From Lophium mytilinum (Eukaryota), in assembly GCA_010093605.1 (NCBI GenBank), contig MU004182.1, forward strand, positions 321,502-385,501: DNA of 64,000 nt, read 5' to 3'. The translations under genes were made by a program, and so were the position numbers. The notes under the pieces are model-generated. The model did no database searches. It worked only from the letters and a program-made list of their open reading frames with translations, and was not told the DNA's origin. Position 1 is the first letter of the stretch; each line of letters opens with the position of its first letter. Below are positions 12,598 to 25,279 of this stretch, in pieces.

Positions 12598-13833
12598 CTA
12601 GTAGACAACTGATCCACGGCGTGGCTTCTTATGAGGTCCTTCGGGAGCAAGTGATGCTTTCCGCTTTGACTGTGATGCGCTTCCAGCTGACGCACGTTTC
12701 GACGAACTTGAACCTGATCTCAGCTTTTGGAGGTTTGCACCCAGCTCGTCAAATTTGGGAAGAGCTTTACGAGAAGCGTACGTTCCTGCCTTGTAGTCTG
12801 TTCCCCCCCTGCTCTTGTCCCTATTGAACTCTCTGATGGCCGGACCAAGATCAAACAACTTCTTGTTTTCCTTCACGAATTCTTTGAGGTTTGAGAATTG
12901 CGTTCCGCCCAAAACAGGTAGCTTGAAGCTTGACCCGGAGTCGTACAGACTTGGGAAAGGCCTCTTCGTCTCTGGGGCGGAGGTTGTGATCAGGTTTCCT
13001 TTTTCGAGATCCGTCGACCTTGTTCGGTCTTTGCCTTTTGCACTAGCTGAGGCGGCCTCAGTGGCTTTACCTTTGCCTTTGCCTTTGTTCGCCGTTGGAT
13101 CAGCGCGCGAACCAGCGCCATTCCGGCGCAGGTCCTTATCAATCCAATCGGATTCCACTTTGGCCATGTATATCGTCTCGCCAAAGGGCAGGATAGCGGG
13201 CATATCTGCGTGCCAGATCTCCGGTTCGTTTGGCGCGTCTTTATCACGCCCGTACTCCCATAGTTTCGTGCGAATGCCGACGTCTTCGCGACGGCCACCG
13301 CGGGGACGCGTTGGGCCGCCTTGAGGTTGCTTTGGTTTCGAAGCTGCGGAGCTCGGACGGCGTCCTGACACGACTGCGGAAGTCGATACAGCAGCTTGGT
13401 GTTGCGGTTCGCTCACAAAGCCCTCAGGCTCCCGAGCTAATCCTCGGTACCGTCCCATCTCCTCGTCGCTCGAAGAGTCGCTTTCACTTGTTTCACTCAG
13501 CTGGCCCGGATGGACAGCAACTGGCTCTGCGCGCTCCAAAGATCTGATTTGTCGTTTATGGCCTTCCACCCGCGTTTTGACCTGATTATACAAGCGACGA
13601 TCAAACGCCAGGCCTTCTGCGGGGTATTTTCTTAGAATAAATCTCTCGATGAGATCAAGACGTCGCTTAAATTGTCGAGACGAGTGGATGTCTTCGGTTG
13701 CGAGGTACTGGTTGGCTTGTGCAAGGCGTTCGTTCGGGCCTGGATGTTCTCCGAATTCCTCTTCGTATTCTTCCACGGGTTCCGGATACGCACGGCTGGG
13801 GCGCCGGTCATGACCAGCTATTCTCGGAGGCAT
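12598..13833 (-). CDS. Hypothetical 411-aa hydrophilic protein with basic low-complexity C-terminus
   Basis: Long uninterrupted ATG-initiated ORF; no domain recognised; ends with a K/R-rich possible NLS (KRK...HKKPRR). Confidence 0.65.
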   Translation of the reverse strand: MPPRIAGHDRRPSRAYPEPVEEYEEEFGEHPGPNERLAQANQYLATEDIHSSRQFKRRLDLIERFILRKYPAEGLAFDRRLYNQVKTRVEGHKRQIRSLERAEPVAVHPGQLSETSESDSSSDEEMGRYRGLAREPEGFVSEPQHQAAVSTSAVVSGRRPSSAASKPKQPQGGPTRPRGGRREDVGIRTKLWEYGRDKDAPNEPEIWHADMPAILPFGETIYMAKVESDWIDKDLRRNGAGSRADPTANKGKGKGKATEAASASAKGKDRTRSTDLEKGNLITTSAPETKRPFPSLYDSGSSFKLPVLGGTQFSNLKEFVKENKKLFDLGPAIREFNRDKSRGGTDYKAGTYASRKALPKFDELGANLQKLRSGSSSSKRASAGSASQSKRKASLAPEGPHKKPRRGSVVY

Positions 13834-14404
13834 TCTAGTAGAAGAGGCTTAGACAGCAAAGCTGGCGGCAAAGCTGGTGGTGTAGAAAGTGATACTGTAT
13901 GCTGACTTATGACTCGAGCTGTGCGATTGAGATAGCAGCTTGGTAGAGGCTGGGAGCAATTATGTGGCAATGATCTGTAAACCAAGCACTCGGTCTCAGA
14001 ATGTGAGTGAGTAGAAGAAGGCCGTCTCCGTGCTGAAATAGATGGAGGTTGGTGGGTGTGCGATGCTTCCTTTCGCGCAACAACAAAGGAATGCTGCAAG
14101 CGAACGTCTTCATGGCCGCAAACGGACTAACACTTGTCGAGAACATCATGTGTTGATCAGGCTTCTTTGTTGCACTGGCCCTTCAGGCCGACCTATGGCC
14201 GGAATGAATGGCGATAAAGAAGCCTTTGTTTTGCGCTGCAGTTGATCAGTCATGTGATATGGAATTGCTAACTGTTGATGTGGAGTGGTTGCAGCGATTG
14301 TGCCCAGAGGCGTAACCCTGATGATCTTACGAGCAGCCACGTCGCCTAGCAATATGGATACGAACAAGCAAGTTGATCCTCAGCTTATAAAGTTCTACTG
14401 CAGC

Positions 14405-16159
14405 TTAGGATTTTGGTGATTTCTTTCGTGACAGCTGCGGTGTTGGCGGCGTGATCACCGTCGAAATTCCCACAGGTCTCCGCCCAAGATCAATTGAGTT
14501 TCCTACTTCCGCCACGTTAGATCCTTCTAGCTCTGGCATATGGACATCTTCAGCCGGCAGCTCATGGAGGATCGCCGTATCACCGTCGGCTTCGGCGATC
14601 TTGACGTGCTCGTGACCAGAAGAGAGTTCAGTTTTCCCGTGCGAGTCGCCTCCAATCTCATGTCTCTCCCCACTGTCAATCTCAATCTTGGGGCCTTTAT
14701 CACCGTCTGTAACCTGAGTGTCGTGGGCCTCAAGTTCAGCGCGCTTCCTATGTATATCGGCGGCCTGGCGCTTCTTGCGGCGGTAGATCGAGAATATGGC
14801 AACGGAGACGATGCAGATGATGGCAGCGACCCCAATAACGATACCTGCAATAGCACCTGGTGCTAAGGTACTGCTCTTGCCTTTCCCTGTGCCTTGTGGT
14901 CCAGTGATATTCGTAGTTGCAACCTCGGGAAAGATAGGAACAATGTTCTGAGCAACACTAGAGGCAGGATAAAGTGCCTGGGAAAGGCTGAAGGTGTCTC
15001 GGTCGTAATTGGCGGAAAGATAAGCACTTTGCAGAAATGTACGGCCGAGAAGATACTGAGACTCGTTCTGAGCCCTTTTGAGCGGGAAGTACAGCAATGT
15101 GGAGTTGATGAAAGGCGGCTTGGCGGTTTGATAAAAATTCCAATAAGGTAAGACGATTGACACAGAGTCACCCGTCACCTGGGGTCCCACTTTGAAGGTG
15201 ATATTCGGGTTTTTGGCAAGCAAAGCGTTATGAGTCGTGTCGTTCATCAGATACAATTCAGTCTTGTTATCCCAAACCAGGTCAAAGGTGTCTTCGAAAA
15301 GCTTGCAGGCTTCCAAGGGAAGCCATATGTGGGCGATGAGGGTATCAATATAGGCAACAATGCCTGATTTCAACAGCGGAGTGCTGGCAACATCTGTGGT
15401 GATAGTCTGAATAGCAACTTGGAAGTCTAACGAGATATCGGCGCCAAATGGGAACGTTACGTTGTTTGCCATGAACCTAGTAGAATCATATCCTCCAATG
15501 GTAAGGCTTCCAAAGACTTTGGGAGATAGATTGTAGGAGCCCGCGGTGTACGACCAGGAGGTGCTCGGAATGGGCGTGCTCATGTTCTTCAGACTCTGCA
15601 TCAGGCTAGGCAGAGGGTCATTGAAGTCGGTGAAATTCATGGGTCGAGGGTTTAACGATAGACTTCCAAGGTAGAAGTTTTCAGTGTACATTCCGGCGAC
15701 GACTTGATGGGTGAGCAAAGGAAGGCCGTCCCCTTCCCAACCAAGCTGTAGGGTTTCGAAACCATATAAGCCGACTCCAGTTAGGCCCACAGGTGCCTCG
15801 ACAAAAGTTGAAAGTTCAAATGATCCGTGCTGGTCCCAAGTGCTGGACTGATTCCTTCGATAAAAGTAACCGCGATCGTCCTCACAGGTCTCAGCTTTGT
15901 CGGAACATGTTGCCAGTGCTTCGGGCGTAACCAGCCAAGTTGAGGACTGGTCCGATGCTGGCAGCAGGCGAACCTGTTGAGCAGGAGTTCCGACCTGAAC
16001 GCGAAACGTCGACCAGCTGCCGTCATCGCCATCCCAATATTGGCTCGCCGGAATGCTGATGGGCTTCCCCAATGTCGTTAAATTCGCAGCGCCGAGAACA
16101 ATTGGGACAAACGAGCAGGATAGCCCCAGCAGCAGCAGCGGAGCAGCTACTGGCGCCAT
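14405..16159 (-). CDS. Pepsin-like (A1) aspartic protease homologue with signal peptide, one TM helix and cytoplasmic tail
   Basis: Signal peptide; WDGDDGSWSTF.VQVGTPAQ.V; GSLTIGGYD; YIDT; YLLGRTFLQSAYL..NYD; TM GAIAGIVIGVAAIICIVSVAIFSIY followed by RRKKR. Confidence 0.88.
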   Translation of the reverse strand: MAPVAAPLLLLGLSCSFVPIVLGAANLTTLGKPISIPASQYWDGDDGSWSTFRVQVGTPAQQVRLLPASDQSSTWLVTPEALATCSDKAETCEDDRGYFYRRNQSSTWDQHGSFELSTFVEAPVGLTGVGLYGFETLQLGWEGDGLPLLTHQVVAGMYTENFYLGSLSLNPRPMNFTDFNDPLPSLMQSLKNMSTPIPSTSWSYTAGSYNLSPKVFGSLTIGGYDSTRFMANNVTFPFGADISLDFQVAIQTITTDVASTPLLKSGIVAYIDTLIAHIWLPLEACKLFEDTFDLVWDNKTELYLMNDTTHNALLAKNPNITFKVGPQVTGDSVSIVLPYWNFYQTAKPPFINSTLLYFPLKRAQNESQYLLGRTFLQSAYLSANYDRDTFSLSQALYPASSVAQNIVPIFPEVATTNITGPQGTGKGKSSTLAPGAIAGIVIGVAAIICIVSVAIFSIYRRKKRQAADIHRKRAELEAHDTQVTDGDKGPKIEIDSGERHEIGGDSHGKTELSSGHEHVKIAEADGDTAILHELPAEDVHMPELEGSNVAEVGNSIDLGRRPVGISTVITPPTPQLSRKKSPKS

Positions 16160-17889
16160 GCTGCAAATTCAGATCGAAAGGCGAAGAATAACGAAGGACT
16201 TGACAGACGCGGCGGAAAGCTTCATTGCAGCATTTTGCAAGACGAGAGTGAGCAAGGAGGGCGCACATGCAGGTTAAGATACTTGTACTGTACCTCCACG
16301 AACGACCCATCACCTGGTCCTTCCCCTGGGGCGCGTAACGGCAGCTGGGCTCGATATTGATTAAGAGCAGGGGAGGATGGACACATTGGCTGGTGGTGCG
16401 AGAGGGGCCTCCCCATGCTTGTCCAACCAGAATGCGCCTACGAAATTGAGGTGCAACGTGTCGGAGAGAGGGCCAAAATAGTGATATGAACGCCGTCAGC
16501 GATCAGATCCTAGAATACAGGCATGGCACGTTTCTTTCTGTATGCCGACGGATGAAGCGCGTCGGGCGGACCCTTCGCAGTCCCCGTTTCTGAAGAACAG
16601 TAGATCATCGGCGCGAAGTATGAAAACGCCTTAAAAGCATAGTGGGCCCATGGGGTGTTACTTCAAGATGGAGGAGATCGGGAAGGCTCATGTTTCAGCC
16701 GCCTAGATAAGAATAGTGCACTAAAGCACGCCAACGTTCCGATCCGGCCCCGCTAGCCACAGGACCATTAACCATATGGAGTGCTGCGCTCAGGTCGCAC
16801 TATACCCTTTGTACCTATGTTTCAGCTTGCTCAGTGGCCTAGAGAGCTGTTGGGATGGCCAAAAACTACTATGTACTATACCGCTTCTTGATAAAGGACC
16901 ATGGGAACTTAAGAAGTGCTAAACAACTGTATACAATCAAGCCTCGGTACACTAGGCTTCAAAATAGCAAGTTTCAAAACACAGGCTGGCACGTCTTCCA
17001 ATCGCGGGCTGCTACTTTATATTCAAAAAGCCTGTATATCCTCATTGTACCAACCTCATCTTGGTCTGAAAGGTCTGATGGTCATGGGCATAGGCAGAGA
17101 GCATCGACGAGGCTGAAACGTTGTCGTCGTAGTTCATTGAAGCCAAGTACGGCTTTGACGGTACGGACAGCAGTAGACATAAGACCATCAGAATGAAACG
17201 ACCTGAGACGAGACTCGAAAGAAAGAGGCATCACTTCTTGCCGTGCTCATGTGCGAGGGGCTGCAGAGAGCTTATGCGCACCTTGCAGGACTAAAGAGAA
17301 AGAACTACACTGCAGTTGTAGAGCTTTTCAGCTAAAAAGAGGATACTCTTGCCGAAACATCGAGCTAACAGCACGCGCATGTGGCAATACGGAGATGGAA
17401 TGATGGGTACCAGTGAATCACCCAGGTTCAGATGTTACAACAATTGGCATCGCGAGTTGTTTCAGCGTTCTGCGGCGTCCATCCTCACCTCTTGAACGTG
17501 AGAAACTGATCTCATATTTCTGTCCGGAAATATCCTAAGAGCTGACTATCTCCTTACAAAGGTATACACCCTGAGCGTTTGAAGATCCACACGCGCGTTT
17601 GAAGAATATCGTGACTGCGTGGGTTGAGCGACGAAAAGACGGTCGCCCCATCGTTACCTCATTCGGGGTACCCGCTATAGCAAAAGACACCGTCTAGCAT
17701 ATTGTAATACCACTACTACACGAAATAGCATCACAGCTTCTGCAAGCTGTAAGCAGATCCAGACTCCCTTCTTCGTCATGTAAACGTGGTGGGGGAAGGA
17801 CGCCGTCTGTGCGTGAACCGTCGACGACGGCCTTTCTACCTCGTAGGTCTCTGACCTCCGAATACATTCCCGCAGACAATTCGAATGAA

Positions 17890-19659
17890 ATGCCGCCATC
17901 GTCGGGCCTACGACCCCCCTCAACACCTAATTCAAACGAAGCTGTTACTATTGGAAGCGCGCGGATGGCCGCCACTGCGAAGTCACTGCCGCCGCCTGAG
18001 AGCAAGGACGCGATCTTGACGCGGCGGCTCGTAATCCTGTCCTTCTGGGCCATCGTCCTGTGTCTTGGATTGCCAGTATGGTGGAAGACTACGGCCATCT
18101 ACCGTGCGGATCTCCCTCTTCAAGTCATGAACGACTGGGCGGAAGGCAAGGTTGGTCCTCTATACGCACTACGCCAATGTCGCTGACACTTCTTGCAGAC
18201 ATGTCGACCCGTATTCCCTTTGCGAATTGCCTTTGAAGCGCCCGCGCTGCCCCTTCAAGATGCACAACACCTCCTCCGTACGACACAGCATGCTCTAGAT
18301 GACCTCAACGAGTTCTCCGCCCATCACTTGCGCCTAATGCCTGCCGGCTCTCCGGTGGCAGCGAACACATCGCAACACTCACAAGGAATGACTGTCCAAG
18401 ATGGTGTCCTTCATAATAAGCCGGACGAAGACGTTGCAATGCTCATCAGGCTGGTGCCTGGTGAGTCTGGATCCACGCCGCGTGCTGAGCTTCAATCCTA
18501 TTCACCAACTTTGGAAGTCTACTATACGTCGAACCAGATACCCTCATCTTCGTCCACTTCCTCGCCCCTGGCGACATTCATTGCGCACGAATTGCAGAAA
18601 ATGTTTGCGGAAGAACAGGCCACGCTCGCGTACTTACTATCTACTAGCTCGACTGCCCACAACTCAAAGATGAAATCACTGTCCCCAGAAACCGCATCCG
18701 CCTTGGAGAGGCAGTCGACGAGAGCCTTCAAATATGCTCCCACATACCATCTGACATTCTCACTCTTCAGCCCTACAGCATCGCCGTCCGAGTGGGAAAT
18801 AGAATCTGCGCTTCAAGAATACATATCTCCCTTGCTCCAGTCGCTTTCCTCGATTAGCAACTTCACCGTCGATACCCAGGTTCAGTTATATGCAACCTTT
18901 TCTCCTTCGATCCATTACCCAGAGTTCGATGCTCCGAGCAATTCGTGGACTCTTCGTAGGGAAGACTTGAGTGGTTTCATCAACGCTGCGGAGTGGCCGC
19001 TGAGCCCAAGCATTGGTGCGGGACCAACTGTAAACTTTGTTCTCTATGTCCCGAATCCCAGCCAGTCACCGCTTCTTGTGAAAGAAAATGGAGGAAACAG
19101 CTGGCTTGTGCCACAATGGGGAGGGGTTCTGATTCTTAATCCAGAACCATCGCATCAAAACAACGGGACCGCCAAAATCCTTACACAGGAATCTCTACGG
19201 CCCGCAATGTTGACATTTTCAAACCAGCTATTCTCCTTGCTTGGACTGCCCCAGACACCCTCGTCCCTCCCTTTGCGTCTTTCAACTCTCAAGAGAGTTC
19301 GCGCGGCAGCCCTACTTTTCTCCGCATCCTCGACGCTCGGGGCACTGGCACGGCTCACCAAAGCTCTACCATCCATTTCGATACCGGACACCGTGGCTAA
19401 GTCCGTTGACCAGACTATCATTCATCTCCATCACGCGTGCAGCGACCTTCGTGCCGGCAAGTTTCATGGTGCTTTGGAGCATGCCAGGATTGCCGAAGCT
19501 GAGGCCGAGAAAGCGTTCTTTGAGCGATCCATGGTCGGTCAGGTGTACTTCCCAGATGAGCACAAAGTCGCTGTATACCTACCTTTGCTTGGTCCAGTCG
19601 CCGTTCCCTTGGTACTAGCGGCGCTGAAAGAGCTTAGAAGCCTCCGAACAAGAAGTTGA
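17890..19659 (+). CDS. GPI17: GPI transamidase subunit PIG-S/Gpi17 (2 exons; alternative start at 17965)
   Basis: LGLPVWWKTT.IYRA.LP N-terminal motif; intron 18151-18198; FINAAEWPL, VPQWGGV and C-terminal FF...MVGQVYFPDEHKVAVYLPLLGP. Confidence 0.93.
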
Positions 19660-20928
19660 GCGATAAGACGCAATTGCTCCTTGCCTACATATCGACATGT
19701 GGCGGCCTGTTTCCAATCAATGACTGGTCAAAGTACGATAACCGAAGAGCCGAGCCGCTGATTATGCCGGCCGCCTCGCGCTTGACACTGCGAAGCTTTT
19801 TGGCATACACTGCTCGATGCGTTTGGTCATTACACAGGCTCGGAGCTTTAGTTCGTTGTACTCTGTAAAACTAACCAAATGCTCTGCGGAACACTGATTG
19901 TCGACGGACGTACGCTAGTTACGACTCGCCGAGCCCGCAGGCAACGGCAATGTGAGGATTTCGAGACATAATCTTCGCAACAGGTTGTGAGGTCATCCGA
20001 GCGTTACGAAAGTACACTCAAGAGATATTACGATCAAATATTAATCAATCTTCGTATTCCAGTTCTTGTGTTGCCCGCTCACATTCGTGCTGGCGTTTGT
20101 TTACACTGAGAGTTCACTTCTCTCCCATGAAATCTCAGTGCAGGGCACGGTGCTTCTGATCCTCCCAAGATCTAGTGATATTCAGCCGTATGTCACTTTT
20201 CGTGCTACTATTATTATACTTCACGTGCATTTTGTCTTCACCAGGCGTCAAATCGACTAGTCACATCGTCAAGCTTGTTGCATATGCGTGGTATTTGAGG
20301 ACACGCTCCAAGATAGCATGTAACCACTCTGACTACATGTCAGGAACGAGTTGTACCTTTTACCCGATACCAAAACTGCAATCTGAAGGAGCACAGAGTC
20401 ATTTTCGCGTTATCGAGTCATTGAGAGCACTGTTCTAGGAAGTTACTAACGAAGGGTCCACCCCACCACGTTGAACTGCGGCAGAGAACTGCGAAGGATT
20501 CGTCGATTGACGTTCGAGGCGTTTCTGGTGAAGTTGTGGCTGCGGAATTGAGCCGTCGAATCCCTTCCGAGCGCACTTCAAGGTTCCCCACAAACCGAAA
20601 CCCTGTTTGCCCCTGAAGAGGCGTAAATCTGGGGTATGCTATGCTGCGAGAAAAACTCTAATATCGAAAGGCGGCGCTTTTTCTTGCAAATAGGGCCCTG
20701 GGACGCCATTTAAACTTCAGCCACGCGTCTCGCAATGCTTCTTGCCAATCGCTTACACATCTCGACTCCTCAAGCGGGCCGGCTTGCTCTGCTTTGCACA
20801 ATTCCGCATGTGCCCGACTCTTCTGTGTTGCCGTTTCCTTTCTATATCCTGGCTACCAGCCGGGTGGGATTGTCACAGGGAAGACTCCACTCCTATGCAC
20901 GGAGATCCCATGCGAGCTAACAGCAACA

Positions 20929-22541
20929 ATGGTAACACCAGAGACCGCCAACGCCAACCCAGAGACCCGTGTTGCTCTCATTCTAGGGTGCTTGCTTGCA
21001 TTCACATCCTTGATGTTGCTATTCATTGCAGGAAGACTGTATACGAGATCGTCCGTAATTGGCCGCTGGGGGCTCGATGATTGGCTGATCATAGGTGCTA
21101 CTGTTCGTTCCAGATGCATCTCTTCTCGGTGCGACACTGACAGGTGTTTAGATATTTGTCGTAATAGAAACAGTCTTAGGTTGCGTTGATACTAGATATG
21201 GCGCAGGCCACCACTCGGAAGACTTCAAGCCAGAATGGACGTTGCCGTACGGCAAAGTGAGTCGAATTTCTGGCTTTCATGCTCATTAGGATGTCTTTGG
21301 CCCTGCGCTTCTCCATTCGACCTGAATTTCGTACCTTAAAATCACCTACTTACTTGTGCTTAGATTGGCTTCGCGTCTGGGATACTTTTCTCAACATGTA
21401 TCTCCCTTCCAAAACTGAGTCTCTGCGTCACCTATCTCCGGATATTTCCCTCAAAGCCTAGCCGAATATTTTGCCAAAGTGCAATAGCTTACATCATCTG
21501 CTTCATCATCAGCACCACGATTGTTCAGCTGTTCGCGTGCAGGTAGGTACCTTACTTTGACTTTACAGGCTCAGGATGAAAAGGACACTCACTGACATCA
21601 TTTCAAGACCAATAGCAGCAGCATGGAACCCTACCATAGTTGATCCCAAATGCATCAGTCTGAGGGAATATTTCTTAGCTTCTGGCGTCCTGAATTGCCT
21701 AAGCGACTTTCTCGTATTTCTATTTCCCGCCAAAATGCTCTGGAATATTCAACTACCAACAAAGCAAAAATGGGGCGTGATTGCTGTGTTTGCAAGCGGG
21801 TGCATGTTAGTACAGTCCATCCATTGGCGATTCCTCACTCTGCGAAAATCTAGTCTAATTGTAGCGTTTAGCGTTTGCATTGCAGGAATAGTTCGCCTGT
21901 GGTATATCCAAGTCGTCTTTACCTCCGATGACTACGCCTGTACGTGATTGGATATCCGAAATTTTATCTCCCCTTTTCTCTCCCCTTCGGCCGTTCACTG
22001 ACAGTTGGATCTAGATGATGGAGCTATAGTCTGGGCGGCTACTTGCATCGAGGTCAATGTTGGTATCATCTGCGGATGCCTCCATGCTGTGAAACCATTG
22101 CTCTCTTCTTGGTTCCCTAGCATATTTGGGTCTTCATCTGGATCAAACGCACACAACGTTTCCAGCAAACACCGCAGCCGCGTTGCCAACCGGGTCTTTC
22201 CCTTCCAGAATCTTGATGCCAGAGGCAGACTGGATTTTACGTCGCAGAATGGCAGCTCCCAGGACCCCGAAAGCGACAAGACTTCCAGCAGAGCTTTAGT
22301 GGCCGGAACGTCGATAGAAACATGGGCAGTCGGAGGGGCCGACACGGAAGAGGAAGTCCCAGCCCATGGAATAGCGTACTCACACCGTGTGACGGTAAAT
22401 AGCACAATTAATCCAGGGGAGTTATCCACAAGCCTGCAAAGGAAAGAGAAAGGCGAGCAGGTTGTAGGTGCGAGTGTTGTCACAAGGTCGAGGGAAAGGG
22501 ACAATGATGCCGAAAGCCAAGAATGGATTATCAAGACTTGA
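20929..22541 (+). CDS. PTH11-like integral membrane protein (fungal rhodopsin-domain GPCR-like, no CFEM), ~6 exons
   Basis: Spliced RLYTR...WGLDDWLI|..YGAGHH..|..PKLSLCVTYLRIF..FACR|PIAAAW..C..SDFL...LWNIQLP.KQK..|VCIAGIVR..|W..IEVNVGIICGC...KPL. Frames rejoin across GT-AG introns. Confidence 0.88.
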
Positions 22542-22699
22542 AAAGGTTATTCGCCGCCAGTGTTATGCAGAATATAAAATATATTTTAGATTGGACTATG
22601 CTACACATATATCGAATTTCTACCTAATATATGAATAATGCCATTTTGTTATGCATGAAACCCCACTCCTTGCAGCCCCTTTGCAGTATTCTGATTTGC

Positions 22700-24892
22700 T
22701 TGCTTAACGGGCTAGTACACCTCCAGGATATAGACAGAGGCCTGCCGGACTAAACTAAGTAAATAGCCTACACAGCAGCTAATAAGGATCTTAATAAGTA
22801 CGTAAAGGATAATTTAGGATATAATGCTATATAGAGGTATACACTTTAAGGCTAGATAATTATAAGCTAGATGCAATAGAAAGATAGGATAAACTAGACG
22901 CAAAATTAAGAGCTTTAGCAATATTAAAGGTAGAAGGATATACAAGGTAAGGCTATATAAGATAGAAAGGATATATAGAAGTAAGCGCCTTAGATATACT
23001 CTAGCCCTTTACATAAATTAAAGTATAGTATAGTAAAAATAGAAAGACGTTTTATATATATAATAAGGGGTAATTAGATATAAAGAAAAATAGTATTATA
23101 ATATAGTATATACCTTAAGATATATAATTTAGTAAATTTAAATCCAAATAATATAGATTAAGAGGTAGATATTAAGACTTTATAGATATAAATATAGGCC
23201 TATTTATAGGTATATAAAAAAAATTATATTATTAAAAAAATAGAATTAGACCTATACACTTACTATAGCTATATATAGTAGCTAGTTACTTAGGGCTAGT
23301 AGTAATAAAGTAATTAAAAAGAGATTATATAGATAATAAAGGCGAATATAGATATATAGATAGATAGAATCTATAAAAGGGGGAAAGAAAAAAGTTAAAG
23401 AGATAAAAAAGATAGAGAGATAGAGAGATAGAGAGATAGAGAAATAAAGAAATAGAGATATAGAGATATATATATAATATATAGAGAAAAAGAGATAGAT
23501 ATATATTTATACCTATATATTTACTTTTTTAATTACCTTTATAAGTGCTTAAAAAGATATATTAAGTATATCTAGATTATGCTATCTAAAACATATAAGA
23601 AATCCTTAAGTTTAGTAGGTTTAATAAGGCGCACTAGTAGCTTATAGATCTACTTACTCTAAGACTATTAAATTAAAAATACAGCTTCTTCTATTTAAGT
23701 ATATAGGATAAATAAAAGAGGAAGATTAAGAGTTATTTTATTAGTTGCATATAGAGCTTAGATATTCATTATTATTTACACTATTCTTATTACTACTAAC
23801 TTCTATTATTTAGAGGGGGGCTAGAAAGTTTAAGTATATAATAGTTTCTATCTAGGCCAATAGTATATAAGGAGGAAGTACTTACTACTTAGTAGTAATT
23901 AAATAAATTACTTATACTCTATAGTATATAGTATAGAGCGCCAATAAAACTAGTATATAACTAGGAGATATATATAGCAGCTTTTAAGAGTGTTTTATAG
24001 AATAAGTAATTATAATAATTTCCTTAGGATAAAGCTTTTGCATATAACCTATAAAAATAGAACTAATATAATAGAAGGTAGAATAGTAATAGAAGTAAAA
24101 ACTATAATAACTAAAATAGTAAGTAAAAGTTAAAGAGGATAATCTTAACTATATTATATTAATAAAGAAGCTATACATTAAAGATATAAGGTTAGTAGAA
24201 GAATAGAAAAATAGATAGATAGATAGGTAGAAGTTCTATTAGTTAAGTTATAGTCTATACTAATAGCAATAGAGTTATATATAAGCACTATTTAGTAAAT
24301 TATAAAACGCGTCTCTAACGTTCTTTTAATGTTATTTAATATTCCTTTAATTCTCTTAAAACGCCTATAGTTTTATTCCTATTTAATAGTTGTTAAACCT
24401 ATTATACGTAAGGATATATATTTATGCTATTATAAAACTTATAATACTAAACACCCTATAATTAGAGCTATATATAGAAGCTTATAAAAAGGTAGCTAAG
24501 GCTTAGATTAGTTAAGTAAAGGACTAAAATATATCTAAATAGAAGTAAGTACTTTATAATAGAGACTTAGTATATATCTCCTAGAAAAGCAAGCTAGTCT
24601 AGAAACCTTTGCCTAAGTATATTTATTAAGAGTAAAGTTTTATTAACATTTCTCTTCCATATCCTAAATCTATTAAATTAAAGTACTAGTAGTAATATAT
24701 CTAGGGTTGCACCTACCTCTATTATAATATTAATTTCATTAATTAAAGTGCTAGTAATGTTTTTAAAGCTGCACATATTCCCTAGTTAAACTTAAGAAAA
24801 GAGTTAGAAATACTAGGTAAATATTAACTATCTTTATTTTTACTTATCTATCTATATATCTATCTATCTTTATTTTTACTTATCTATCTATA

Positions 24893-24942
<50 letters not shown>

Positions 24943-25043
24943 GTTTTTATTAATATTTATAATTAAGTAATAGTAACTATATATTATCTTTCCTCTTCTC
25001 TCTATATATATGCCCCTCTCTTATCTAATCCTTAAGTTATATT
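22700..25043. repeat. AT-rich RIP-degraded island (unrecognisable TE relics, GATA/GA microsatellites)
   Basis: Abrupt GC drop with TpA enrichment and no ORFs. (GATA/GA)n near 23400-23500 and (TATC)n near 24845-24940. Confidence 0.8.
24176..24443 (-). mobile_element. Diverged solo LTR related to the Copia LTR family
   Basis: Colinear shared motifs: ATTAAAG.TATA, GATAGATAG, TAATAGCAATAGAGTTATATATA, TATAAAACG..TCTCTAACGTTCTT, CCTATTATACGTAAGGATATA, GCTATTATAA..CTTATA. Ends approximate. Confidence 0.65.
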
Positions 25044-25279
25044 TGTCAAAGGTATAGAGTCGATGTGAGAATAGATGGATAGATAGATAGGAATTGTATT
25101 GCTTGAGTGTTCTATTCTACATCGACAGCAACAGAGTATATATACAGCATTTAATGCATTGTAAAACGTTTCTCTAACGTTCTTGTAACGTTATCCAACG
25201 TTCGTTGTATCACGTTCAAACGCTCACGGTTTCGTCCCGTTTGAAGGCTTTTGAGCCTATTATGCGTAAGGATATAACA
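25044..25279 (-). mobile_element. Copia LTR copy retaining near pre-RIP sequence, ~24 bp shorter at one end
   Basis: TGTCAAAGGTATAGAGTCGATGTGAG...GTAAGGATATAACA aligns to the other LTRs but keeps CpA/TpG/CpG. Flanks ATATT and AGTCG do not form a TSD. Confidence 0.9.

Noticed and set aside
16222..17800. Short ORFs or RNA gene in the protease-GPI17 intergenic region
   Set aside because: No coherent exon chain, domain or tRNA cloverleaf found by eye.
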